A stretch of 64,000 bases of DNA from Amphiscolops sp. MND2022 (lineage: Eukaryota). Location of the stretch: contig OZ076409.1 of the NCBI GenBank assembly GCA_964187785.1, positions 28,770,001-28,834,000 on the forward strand, given 5' to 3'. Within the stretch, counting starts at the first letter, position 1, and the number at the start of each line of letters is the position of its first letter. The notes under the pieces were generated by a model. The model ran no database searches and was not told the DNA's origin. It saw only the letters and a list, made by a program, of their open reading frames with translations. The position numbers and the translations under genes are program-made. Shown in pieces: positions 47,401-60,859 of this stretch.

Positions 47401-49874
47401 AGACAAATCACCCGAAACTGCGGAGTTAGTGAGGAGGAGAGTGGAATTGGCGAGACAAGGCGCAATGAGACCACACTGGATTAAAAACTTGGGCTGGGAA
47501 ATTTATATACCAAGAAGACCCGAAGAAGATGAGAGAAGCAAAATCAAACGAATCGATATTCAACTAAGGATAAAAATTAGAGACTCCACATTGGCGGAGG
47601 ATATTTCCAAAACTTCGGGGATGAAATACCGCAGAGACAAGCCACAAAACAGCAAAAAAAAACAGAAAGGAACGAGCCGCCCCGAGAAAACGAGACCAAT
47701 AGGGACACAGAATCCACCACCACAAACAACTCTGAAGACGCGGTAGCAACACATGAATCCGGGACATACCCAACAATACCGGTCCAAAAATACAGAGACG
47801 GACCAATCGAAGAAATTGCCGTACATTACGTGAGGATCAACCGCGTAGTTGAAGAGAAAGAAAAACGCAATAAACAACAGTAGGACAATGTCAGATCAGC
47901 AGACTTGGACTTCATGCTAGACTTGGAAACAATAATTAAAGAAACAGCCGCTGACCTCGACCTTATCGAGCAGAACTGCTGTATCGAAAACAACAAAACA
48001 CGGAACAAATCCCACACAACTACAGAACCGGAGCCATAAAACTAACCACCGCTGAGGCCTCATAATGGTTGACGACCGCATTGTGGAACCAAAGTCACTA
48101 CGATACGCAGCCCTCAATGCACTACACTTTGGACACCCCGGAATAAACAAAATGTGCAGCGACGCAGCGATATTCTGGTGGCCGAATATGCGGGAACGAT
48201 CAACTAATCCGCTCTTATTAACTGCGGTCGACAAGAACAGTCGATATCCAGAAGCAAAAATTTGCAAAAATACAAACCACAAAACCGTAATTTCATTTCT
48301 CAATGAATACATAAATGCATACGGAGTACCGAAACAAATAAAGTTGAATAGAGCGGCGCCCTTATCTCTGAAGAATACAAAGAATTTTGTAAATCACAAA
48401 ATAAAGACCGCGTATACGAAACCGCAAACATACATACCGGCATCGGATTGGTCGAACAAACCATCCAATCACTAAAAAAACTTGATACTGGCGAACTTAG
48501 AAGACGACCAAAATCTCCGCGAAAGTGTTAACAGAGCACTATATATCTTAAGATTCACAGTACACTCGGAAAACAAGAAAACTCCGTTTGAACTACATTT
48601 TGGACGGACACACAGAACTAAACTATCCAACATAAAAAATTCTATTTCAGTGGATTCCAAAGACCTCTCGGTGTACATCACCCGAAACTCAGCCGGACAA
48701 AGCACCGACCACTTGGTAATGTCAAAGAAAAAGATGGCAGAACCAAAATACAAGCGAGGGTTGACATTCTCGCAAACAAAAAAAAACGACCAGTTCGGTA
48801 TGTATAAATAAATTTGAATTCCCTTTCTAATTTTAAGAAGCGAACTACAAAAAAGGATCCATGGAGAGTAAAGTCAAGAATAAAATACAAACCGCCGTAT
48901 TGGAAACGCAACACACCGTGACCACGGATAAAAATACACAGAAAATTGATTTCCAGCGCGTTGCCTTTTCAGCAAACTACTACAACACCGGCAAAAAGGA
49001 TAAACACACGCCAAAATGCCGCAAATAAGCCGACTTGCTCCAAAACATTGGACATTGCGAACAACGGCGGAGCCCCTATCGTCTACAGCAGGAAAGAAGC
49101 ACCAAAAACCATCACAAACTATGAAAGGAGCGAAGACTGGTTGAAGAAGAACGACCAACCCAGAAACAACAGGGGAAAGTTTACGTCACCCAACAAAAGT
49201 GCCAACAACAACGCCGACTTAAACTGAGCATTATATCAGACGACGACGACTTTGAGTGCTACAACAAGTCAGAAGGTAAACGAGTGCAAACAAACATTGA
49301 CGACGAGCTCCAACTCCTTCCAAAAGAAATCAACCTAACACCGGAACAAGGTAGATATAAACGAAAAAAATTAGGAAAAACCGACAGAATCGGTCAGAAG
49401 ATCTAATGGACTACCATTTGCAAGACAGACCGAAAAACTAGTCGGAGTACTTTATTATACAAACAACAAGAAGGAAAAATTAATTAATAATTTGTTACAG
49501 GAAACAGCAACGGAAACTGCGGAGAGAAATGAAGAAGAAAACAACCGTTCAATACGGAAAAACAATGAAGAAATCCGTTTCATACGGTCATACAGAAGGA
49601 TACATCAAACCCTCACGGACCACTCCGAAGAGGGGGAATGTAACATCCCAATACTATGACCTTCACAATTGCCGTAAAATACGGATCTAGACAGAGAGAC
49701 CATTATTGTTTACTAACATAGAACTCTAAATGCTGTCAATTTGTGTTATTGTGTTATACCATAGATACTGATCATTATACTTGAGATAGATACTGAAGTT
49801 TAGTTGATAAAGAAGATACAGTTTAGTCTTCTAGAGTAGAGAACCTTTTTACCATATAGACCGAGATTACTACA
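44417..49874 (+). mobile_element. Degenerate Ty3/Gypsy element (second family): PBS, gag, pol, PPT and 3' LTR
   Basis: TGGCGTAGT PBS at 44417; gag and CCHC remnants; DARKLND, DLDYAYGQ, GFYGPAD; TDAC...ELELLA; LHFGHPG; PPT GAGGGGGAA, then TGTAAC...ACTACA (49639-49874). Many frameshifts. Confidence 0.85.
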
Positions 49875-52800
49875 GTTATTATCATAGAAATGCTCATGTG
49901 AAGAACAAAAATTCGGTAACTGAAGAAAAATTCCTTTTTACAGACAGAAACTCCGTTTTTGTTGCTAAGAAATTTTCTCTTTCTAGAATTACGTTGCGCC
50001 GAAAATGTTCAATATAATATCGCGTTGTTTTGAACATTCATAAGTTTAAGCTTTCTAATTATGTAAGTCATTGTCTTGTTTCTCATCTCATCGATTTTCA
50101 AGGACTTTTACTCGCATTTTTATTGATTCGAGACGACCAATTGTTTAATATCGGCCAGTTTCGCTTCACGCATGAAACGTAAGTCGGTTCATGAAGGCCG
50201 CATGGTATAACTTTAAAAAGAACCGTTTTCGTCTGTAGTGAGTCAGTGTGACGATTTCAGTCACTGTGCATGAAGAGAAATTATGCGCTAACAACACTCG
50301 AAATGAAACAATAGTAGCTCAATCGACAAGCGTTTGAACCAATTGGTACATGCTTCGACGGAAGCCAAGATAAGAAATGCCGAAAACAGGTCATTGCATT
50401 TCGCTCTTACTAAATTCCACGACCAAGTCACATATGTTATTTTGGAACTACAAATGTCCAGTATTAATCTTGACTGAAGAAAAACTTTCATACCTAGTGA
50501 ACTTTCTACCCGCATTTTCTGCGAGCGCTTGTAGAACGTATCCAGGTACGTTTTGATTTTCTGCAGAAGACATTTTCTCCATAGTCTTTCGGAAGTGGGT
50601 TCCCATTGTTCGGAGACTTGCTAGTATGGAGACTGGCGTTATTGTGTTAAATACGTGACATTCCATGTTTCTCATCTAGGCAACCATGTCAAAATTCTAA
50701 CGAAACCCTCTCATAACTGCGCTTGGAAGTGAAGTTATAAAGCATGTGGCAAGACGCGAAAATCTCGGAAAAAGAAGTACTTCAAAATGCGCGTTTCAAA
50801 AAAATTCCCTGGAATATTTAAATTACGATCTGATCAAGGTTAAAATGACCTGGATAAATATGAGAAATTTTCGTGTTCAGAAATCCGTGTGAATCCTTTA
50901 GTTTTGAATTTTTGTAGCAAGTGACTGTTGTATTCTGCTACTAAGGGTAAATACAGAATTACTAAAATGGTATCCTGCTATAGGTTAACTATATCGCAAC
51001 AGCACTATCTCATATGATGAGTTTCTAAGTCTGAGTTTAATGTTTATCAACAGTACGGTAGGTACTGTCTGAACCGAAGCTCGGCAGCGGTCATCACGGT
51101 TGAACCGTTTAGCAGCGACTACCACTAATTTTAGAAAGAGTTGCAGGTTTTCGAACACTGGGTTAGTATTTGCCAAACGTTTATCGAATCATGGGAAAAA
51201 TGAAATAGAACCTACTAAAATAATTGAGAATTTTAAACAATGGCAACTCTTGACGATGATCACAGTTGTTAAATAACAGTGATTACAATTATCCATTATT
51301 GACTTTTGAATTCTCGATAGCCTCGAAAACCTAAAACTTTTTCTAAAGATTTTCACACAGAAAGCATTGATAACGAAAACAAGTGTGATTCATTTTTGGC
51401 TGCTTCGATTTTGAAAGAAAAAATAAACGTGCCTCGCTGATTGCTATCACAATTGCACTTTTACAATTCCTGCCATTCAGTATACTTTACAGTAAAATGT
51501 ACCATTAACTTAGCACCCTTAATGCCCTCTGCGCCCTTGCCTGCTGTCGTAAGAATTACATCACATTTGCGAACAAGTTACGTACTTTGAAGGAATTTAC
51601 GAGAGAAGATTATTATATACTAGCTGTGCTGCATTCAACACCTCTGCTCGAAAAGCTTTTCCTGATTAGTAGTAGTACTGCGAATGAATATTCTGCATAT
51701 ACCTACTCGCATTTGCGTAGTCAGAATACACCGAGCAAGGAAAATCTTAATTCTTTTATGTGAGGTATTGCAATCGCATTGCTGTGCTGCTGCTCCATAT
51801 GCATCCAATGTGTTTTTTCCTTTCTCGTTCTTTTTGCCTGGCAGACAAAATTTCATTCCCAGCTTTTCCTGATGCAAATTGATGCGCGTTTTATTTTCAA
51901 GTCAGTTTAGAAATGGCTCGGAAGGAAAAGCGGTGAACTAATACTTTGCTCAATCCGTAGACTGTCACTTATCCTTCGAATTGCATTGGATTATTCCACA
52001 AGATGAGGAAAAATCTGTTATACTTTCAAGGAGACTTTATTATATCGATGACACTATTTTGAGTCACTGGCACATCAAAGAAAAATTTATAGCTGTGCAA
52101 CAAATCTAAACAGAGGGGAAACAAGTTAGTAACTTTTATTATCATTGACTTCAATTTTTACTTGAGCAGTATATTTGTTCTATTGACTGCAGTCGTGAAG
52201 CCAACAAAAAATTGGAAATGTTTCCATTTTTTTGTTTTTTTTTCAACAAAACGAAAAACCGAGTTCTTGCTTCTCCTTATTTCAACGATTTCTGTTTTCA
52301 ACAATAGTATTCTGTAGCTAAGTCCCGAAACGTGTTCCAGTGGTTAGTGTATGTTGTTATCCAATCCGTGGGTCCGAAATTTCTTCTAAGTTTCCCAATT
52401 AATGTACTGAAACTGTTTTCTGATATATAGCAAAAACCGCACTATATTCCAACCATTGACACTATTTCCGGACAATATTATATCTTGCCAAAACGAAAAC
52501 ATTTTGCCGGGTAAAAGTTTCAGTTTGGAACTGCCAGTTCGAAATCCAATTTGTATAGATGCAGGACAAGGATTTCCAGTCTGTAGATACATTTTTTATT
52601 TAGATTTTCAGTTATGTTTTCATTGTCAAACAAGTGAAGATGGAATGTATCCGGACTTTTTACAGACCTCTCGTGAAAAGGGGAGAGGCTCACTATGCAG
52701 ACGGTTCACTAAGCCGACAACAGAAATTCATTCTCAGAGCATGATTAAATTCATTCTCAAATTTGATTGGAGAAATTTACTGTGGAATGCCAAGGTAAAA

Positions 52801-53010
52801 CTGCCACATTTCATAACCTGAGTTACTTGTTACTTTAAAAAGAATTGTTTTTTAAATACTATTTACATACAAACTCTAATTGATTTCTGTCGCATTTGTG
52901 TTTACGTGATTTCTAACCATACCATTCGTTTGATAGACCAGGATAAAGATCAGTTGGAAAAGATACTTACTCCCCAACACTGTTTTAATAGAAACTCTGA
53001 GACGTTAACA

Positions 53011-55150
53011 TGGCGCAGTAGCAAAATTTTTATTTCATTCTTACACTCTAAAACCTTTTCAACTTTCGATCAACATAACATGGCCGTGGCAACAAAGATA
53101 AAACTACCATACCTAGAAGACACTGTACTTGACGGGAAGAAACTATACACACCCAAAGAATGGACCGAACAATTTCGGCATTACATAAAAAGAACCCACA
53201 ACATCGACATCAAACAAATATTAACGTACGATACGGCACCCACTGACGACAACTGGAACACAAAGAACAGGACAAGATTTCAAAGAACAGACAAAGAACA
53301 CACAAGAATCAGACAAGATTTCATATGGGGCGCCGGACCATCGGGGATCGAAATGATTACAAAAAGAGAGTTCAACACGGATCCCGACACAATCAAAACC
53401 GACATACTAATTGTTATTCCGGGACTACTTCATGCCAAAAAGAAACACCCACCACAGCCGTGGAGATGTCTTCTGGGCAAAGCAAGAAGACAACGAGACA
53501 CCCGAAGAACATTGGAAAAAGCTAAAAAATTCTAGAGAAGAATTGCGATTTCAAAGACATAAGACAGGATGACCTCATATCAACGTTTATCACGATCAAA
53601 ACCGACAAACAAATTCGGGAATAATTTATACGTGAAAAAACCATAGACTTGAAAATAACCGTAGAACTTGTCACCCACAATAGCCCTGACCACCGACATA
53701 AACAATATACTATACCACCCGCGTTGGCAAAAGACAAAGATATAAAGCAAGAACCTATCCGATAAAGTCAAGCAAAAGAATATCGAAAACAGCGAAATCA
53801 ACCAAAGAAAAACAATTGTGGATTCTGCGGACAACAACTGCCTGGCTAAAATGGTAAAATGCAATAACTGCCAAAAAACAGGGCACGTTGCACGGTTGGA
53901 CCGCGAGAAACCAAAGAACAATACAGCAAAAAGCAACTATCTAGGGGACATGGCATCAGAAGAGGACAACGAAGAAAGCGAGCCCAGAGAAAGCGAGACC
54001 GAAGAAATACGCCAAATCACACAAATGAACAAAGTAATAGCGGACAACAACGATCACTACAGCGTCGAAATAAAAAAAACGGATAAAAAAATTATCATCG
54101 ACACTGGCTATCCGGTCACGATTATGCCTAACATTTCGAGCATATACCATCCAGAAGATAACTGGCCATTGAAAAAGAGATACCAAGATGTGAACAAAAA
54201 CGAAATCCAATTCTTGCAGAAAGTATGGGTAATACTTGCATCAAAAATAGACCGCACAAGCCAAATATGGACGAACTACTCAGCCAAATCTCATCCGAAC
54301 TATCAAAAAACAAGCTAGACCCAATCTCGATATCAGTAACAGATCTGGACTACGCTACGGACAAATGAAACTAGTATCGAAAACAAGCAAACACTGCATT
54401 TTGGTCATTTCGGGAGAGAAATTAAACGGATATTACCGATTTCTGAAGGGTTTTTACGGACCAGCTGACATACCAACCAACTTTCAAAAAAAGATAGGTC
54501 GAACATTCGGCCACCAAATACCGGTGTGGCTGGACGATATAATTATCGTAACACGCTGCACAAAAGAACAGCATACACAAAAACTGGAGTCAGTCCTAAT
54601 AAAACTAGAACTGAAGGGTACAAAGCCAGTGAAAAGAAGTCAAAAATCTAGCAGAAAAAATTGTGGCTGGGACGCACCATCTCACAAGATGGAATCAGAC
54701 CAAACGAAGAAAAAACAGACGCAATCAACAAACTGAACCCACCTTTGCTAGCCGACACTTAAAGGATGCAAAAAAAAACACTCCGTCGGTGAATTGGAAC
54801 TACTAGTTGTAGTTTGGGGTCTTGATTTAAATTCCACATCTACGGCAAACAAGTTCAATTATTCTCAGACCACCTAGCTCTGGAACCCTCACTGAAAAAA
54901 AAAACAAAAACGAAAAAACAAAATAGCGCCCGATTAACACGGTGGCTAGACATATTGAACCACTTTGACATACCACTAAAAGACACTGCCTGTAAAGGAA
55001 TTAAATTCGCCAATTTGAATAGTCAAAATTCAACTGAAAACGCTGTGTCGGAGGAAAATTACGAAGAATTTGTCATCAACGCCATTGCGCAGCTTGCAAC
55101 GGTGAATCGCCGTGTTGGACGGATTTTTAAACAATCAGAAAACAGAGTTA
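53011..55150 (+). mobile_element. Degenerate, internally deleted Gypsy copy of the second family
   Basis: TGGCGCAGT PBS; LPYLED..LDGKKLYTPKEWTE gag start; IDTG protease; GFYGPAD...WLDD RT; RNase H remnant. Confidence 0.85.
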
Positions 55151-55199
55151 CGGACAAAAGGGCAATCATGCTTGATACGTTGACTGTGAAAAGTGGATC

Positions 55200-58100
55200 G
55201 AGTGGGAATTACGTAAAATGCGGGTCGAAGAATGGAAGCAACGGCGGAAGGCCACGAGAAAAGAAAAATTGGAGCGCCTGCTCGCCGAGCAGAAAACCTC
55301 GAGACCAAACGGGCCAACATGAAAAGGTTTTGAAAAAAAAGAGAGGTGGCGGAAAAAGGTAGAACAGAAGTTAGTTAGTACAGCAGTGCAAGATACGAGT
55401 TGACGGACGTGGCCGCATACAACATATCCTCAGAAAGATTGAAGAACACAAATGGGACGTGGTCCCTCTCTCGGAGATAGCTTCGAAGGAACCAGGGGTA
55501 TGGTGGTATGAAGAGAACGCTGATCTTATAAACAGTAACAGAGCCGGGTTCCCAGGGTCACCGTCTACACAAAAAAGGTTATTGCCGTTTACCAGCCTGT
55601 GTCTCCGATTGAAAGTGAGGTTGATAGATACAGAAAAGACTTGGGAACGGCAATGAGATGCGGATGAAGAGATGAAATATTGCTGGTAGGTGGAGACCAC
55701 AGTGCCCAAATAGGACGCCACGCCAATGAGGGCAGAGAGAACACCATATGAAAATGGGGCCTACGTATCAGCACCGAAGCAGGCACAGGGTTAGCTGAGT
55801 GGGCAGAATGAATTGTTCGTAGTCGACTTTTTGGAAACGAAACCGCGGCACATGGTGTCACCCCAAGACAGGCAAGTGGTATGAATTAGATTTCTTCCTT
55901 GCATAAAAACACCCGAATCTCCAAGTCCAGAACATGACAGCTGTATCTGAGGACAGATGGTCGGACCACAGACCGAAAGATATTCGATTTCATTTCGGAA
56001 AGAAAAACGAACAGTTCAAAATTTCCAAAACAGAACACCTTGATTTGAAGAAACTCCGTAATCAAAATGCCCAAGAAGCCTATCGAGAGGAGATAGTGAA
56101 CACCAGCCTGCCGGATGAACCATCATGGAGCGACCTAGCAAACGCTATGAAGAATGCGGCTAAAAGTGTGCGCGGGCTGCACGACACAAGGAGCAAAACT
56201 AATAAATGGATGGTAGGTCATGAAGATGAAGCCAGCGAGTTCAAAGTGAAGATTCAGACACTATTAAAAGAAAGAAATGCGACTAAAGAGAAAAAAGAGG
56301 AAAGAGCGAAACCGAAAACAACACGTAGAGAATACAAGAAGCTGAAAACATGAGAGGACGAGCGGTGGAACAAACTCCTGAAAGATTGCGAGGAAGCGAT
56401 CTTCAGACAAGACATTGGCAAAATGTACAGCATACTAAAACAATTGGGGTTGAGAGACCAAGTGATTACTAACTCAAACATCCCTAATTTCAGCAGAAAC
56501 GTTCAAGAAATATTTCGAAAGAAATCAAGAAAAACGTGATGAAAACTCACTTGCACAAAATGTGCAAGCCAAGAAAAAAATCACGAAGTTCGCAAAACCC
56601 TGGTCAGATAGCCAGAGAGGCGCCCAGGAAGTAAACAATTGCCCTTCGGAGGAGGTCATGAAAACGTGGAATAAAATCAAGGAAAAGGCAGGGGATTTAC
56701 CTGAAGTCGTTCCGCTCGAGCTCAAAGAAAAAATTATTCATGTTGTGCATAAGATGTTCGAGAGTCCCGCAGAGGAATTGAATGACAAAGTGAAGATCGG
56801 GATAATGATACATCTGCGCAAAAAAGGACCGAAGGAGAGACTGGATAATTAGAGACATTTGCCTCTTATCCATGGTGAATCGCTTCCTAGCCAGGATATT
56901 GGCATTACGAGTGCGGGAATGGAGCGAGGAACATGGGGCGCTGGATGACAACCAGGATGGGTTTGAGTGTCATAGATCATCAGCTGATACCACACAAGTC
57001 ATGGTCCGATTACATGAAAACAATCGGCGTTTAAATGTAACTGGATGTCTACAGAGGCATGCCTGGTGGACTTGACCAAAGCGTACCCCAGAGTTGATCG
57101 GCCTTTGCTCGGGAATATTCTAGAGACTTACGGCTTCAGTGGGACTTTTCTCCAGAGACTCCAGGACCTACATAAACAGACTGCTTACAGGAGCAACCAA
57201 GAAACCAGCAGCGAATGGACCCTTCAACGTGGTCTCAGAGAAGGTCGCCCTTCATCTTCGATCTTATTTAATTTCTACCACCAAGGCTGCATGAGATGCT
57301 GAAGACAGAAGAGGAGGTTTTGGGGTGAGCATAATATCTTTGCCAGGAAACCCTTGCATGATGCAACGCCGAGACCAAGAAAACGCTGAGAGTAAGGAGA
57401 TTATGATCAGGAACGTCCTTTTCGCAGATAACACCACTATACTAGGTGAACACCAACATGTATAGGGAGCAGAAAGTATCACCAAAAACCGTATGGATCT
57501 CATCGAGGAACAGGCAAACGAAACAAAAGTCAATCTGGTGATCCGAGAGGCCGAGTTGGCTGGGTGAGAAAGAAGAAATGAAAGTTCGTATCCAACGAGG
57601 AATGGGTGCCTGGAGTAAGGTAAAAACAGGCTGAATCACTAAAGGCTCTCCAAGCGCACTCAAGCTAGGGTCATCGAAGCCGTCTTTGAAAGCACTATGA
57701 TGTTAAATTGTAGCACTAGGACCTGGAATGCAAGGTGAGATAAATCGTCTGCAGAAGAAATTTGATCAATGCTACAGATACATATGGAGCTCTAAGACGA
57801 AGCTCTTTTAATGGAAATGAAAAAGAAACACATGAACCGCTGCAACGTCCGAAAAAAAACTACGACTGAGATCCATTAGACATAAAATCGAGAAAAGAAT
57901 CCTAGAACGGTCAGGCTATGTCCTCGGTCCGCGTGCCCGATGACAGCAGAACCAAACAAGCAACTCTCGGTTTGCAAAGTAAACTGGAGCGCACTGATAA
58001 AGAAGAAGAAATTCAAATGCACGCCTAGACACTGTTTGAAACTAGCAAAGGAAGCTGGTTGGGACCCTCTGAAACAAAATGACACCGCTCAAGATCGAGA

Positions 58101-58400
58101 AAGATGGAAAGACCTCATTCTTGAGAGAAGCCGAGACATAGGAAAGTGAAATCTTTTCAAGAGTGGTTGGGAAGGGAATTTGGTTACAAGAACGGAACAT
58201 GTGCACCTGGCTACAACAGCCAAAATCCAGTGTATCCACTGTGGGAAAGTGGGACAGCCTCGCGAGCTGGCCTAGCAATACACATGAAGAGAATGCATAG
58301 TCAAATCAAAACCGAACACAAATGTACTACCTGCATTACGATACACTTCCCGGTAAAATGGATTTCACTCACGCAGCATAATCTGTGTAATCCGTAAAAT
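55200..58400 (+). mobile_element. Degenerate LINE (RTE-like): AP endonuclease, RT and C-terminal C2H2 finger
   Basis: VGGDHSAQIG, ELDFFL, SDHRP; VDLTKAY, RGLREG..SS..LFN, LFADNT; RAGLAIHMKRMH. Many stops and frameshifts. Confidence 0.82.
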
Positions 58401-58506
58401 GGTCATTCAGCGTAAGTTAGTCAAGACGGTCTATGCTTCAACGGTGTAGCTGTGTCAACGCGCGTAATGGAAAATAGTGTAAACTGGTCAAAGCACGTAG
58501 TTAGTG

Positions 58507-58641
58507 AAAAGTGGAAGTAAGTCCAAAAATACTCTTTTTCGTAATTCAGTCAAAACTTTGACTAACTTCCACTTTTTGCAAATTGCAGATCGCTATTCTT
58601 GCAAAAAGTGGAAGTTAGTCAAAACTTTGACTAACTTCCAC
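58507..58641. repeat. Duplicated GTGGAAGTTAGTCAAAACTTTGACTAACTTCCAC hairpin units
   Basis: Palindromic unit at ~58608-58641, with partial copies at 58510 and 58548-58577. Confidence 0.7.
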
Positions 58642-59372
58642 CATGTTTATATGCATTCAAAACTCAATGTTCATTTTCATTCCAATTCATACCACAGCAT
58701 CGTAAACCAGTCAAAGTAAACAATGATTCAAGAAATAATTAGTTCTCATTACTAAGCTCTACCGTGCATAGTACGTATAAACTGCATTCAATGCAAGTTA
58801 CGCACGTGTAAACGTGTGTTTCATCCACGCATTTACGTGCAAATAAAATACCTTGTAGCTTCTAATTAGTACAATTATAACAATTGATTGATCTGTCACA
58901 GGGTTTCCTATTATACGAAAATATACTTTCAAAGCAGCCCTCATTAATAGTTGCCTAACTAATTTTAATTTTGGTCCCTGTCGTGAGCAAAACACGGTCA
59001 CCGGAATGATTGGTTAACTTGTTATTTTGGTCTGGGTATTTTGAGCCAGGGTATTGACAAGGATCTATTTTGATCCCTGTCGTGAGCAACATCAAGAAAA
59101 GTTGTAACGAATAGTTAATGAGTCATCACATCAATTCCAGGAAACGAAAAGCTCCACCATTTTGAGGCTAAAGGCAAAACAGTTACCAATTCGAGTTAAA
59201 AAATGCTGTTTTTTTGGAAGCCGAGAACTGCATAACTTCTAATTCGATTCGTGTTTACTGACATTACGAAAACATTACTGTTTTCGTACGACATGTTTAC
59301 GAAAACACTACTGATTCAGTAAAAGTGAAAGATAATTATATAGCTTAAGCATTTGCTAGTATATTCCTTGAT

Positions 59373-59761
59373 GGTGACTTCCCATAGCTCCGAATATCCA
59401 TAGCTCCGAAAACAAAATCGAGTGCCACAACTCCGAAAATCTGTTTTAGTTGATAAAATAAGCAAATCAAGCAAAAAAAATCAAATGGTTCTCTCGTTCC
59501 GGTCCCACGTTTTAAAAATCCTGAAATTCTGAAATTATTGAAATGCAAGCTTTGAAGATTGTTAATTCTAAGCCAGGCGAAATCGTTATTTTCGATATAA
59601 AACCCCAATATCGACGTTGTAATTGAATTCAAATAAATGAAGTAAATTCACTTTTACTTTCGTAGCTGTGGCACTAAATTTTAATTTCGGAGCTATGGCA
59701 CTGTGTTTTAATTTCGGAGGTATGGCACTGAATTTCATATTCGAAGCTTTGAATAGTCACC
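59373..59761. mobile_element. Mutator-like MITE with a 9-bp TSD
   Basis: GGTGACT...AGTCACC termini; exact TTCCTTGAT duplication at 59364-59372 and 59762-59770; inverted CCATAGCTCCGAA subterminal repeats. Confidence 0.85.
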
Positions 59762-60859
59762 TTCCTTGATCTACTTGATCGATATACAAAATCCATCGCA
59801 CTGTTCGTCAATTATACATCTACATTCAATGGCATACATTCGCTTTGGAAACTATATCACTTTACACCGACCAAAAGTTCCTTCATCGAAAAGAACTGCG
59901 GAACTGTTGACAAAAATATGAATAAATATAAAAATTTCTTGAGTTTTGAAATCGAAATGCGTTCAGCTATAGGAAATTTGATATTATCTGTCAACCGGTG
60001 CTTTAGTGAAACTGCTTCATTCACAAGATTTTAGATCGGATCCAAGAAAATCGTTTAGTGACATGACAAACTTGTCTACGTACACAAATTAAGGGTATTT
60101 CGGAATTGGTTAATGAGCGTTTCCTCAAATAAGGAATGAATCAAAGAGGCCTAAAGAGCAAGTACCGGAGAAAAGAATGATTTATGCTCACATAGGACTT
60201 TGAGGAAAAATTGAGGTCGGCATTTTATGAAACAAACTTGTTCATTTGCTATTTATACTGCCAGTATCCTCCCTATGCCATGTGCCTTATCCTCCCTCAG
60301 ATAAATACTGTTTCTTATCCAACAACACCCCCCATCCAAGTCTCCCCAAACAATTGAATGTAGGTCTCATAATGAAGTGGCGATTGCTTCATTGAACTTG
60401 GTGATTTTGGTCCTTGTAGTGAGCACTTCCATTAGTAATCAGATTGACTGTTTATGCGATTTGATACTGTGTATGCGAATCAAGCAGTGTAGTTATGAGT
60501 CGGCGTGTGTAGCTTACCAGAACAACCCGTAATTACGAGAACTATGTGTAAATATGAGATGCACAGTGTAGTTAGTCAAATTCCGTAAAAACGCTGTTTG
60601 GTGTAAACTAGTCAATTACTGTACTATCCAATGGTGTAAACTAGACAAAGTACAAACCTGTGTCAACTAGTGTAAAGTCCTATCAATGCGCGTAATGTGT
60701 AAAACTTCCAAAAAAATTATTCGCGCTCTGATTGGACAAAAATCGAACTAGCAGGATCCTGCTAGTTCGTTACCGGGATGTGTATCGTAATGTGCTGCAG
60801 AACCTTCAGACGAAATGGAAATCTGAAGAACCAAGCGAAGAAATGTCAAATGCTATTCC

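Noticed and set aside
49900..52900. Scattered 60-120 aa ORFs as a host gene
   Set aside because: No recognisable domain or consistent exon chain; small host exons cannot be excluded without RNA data.
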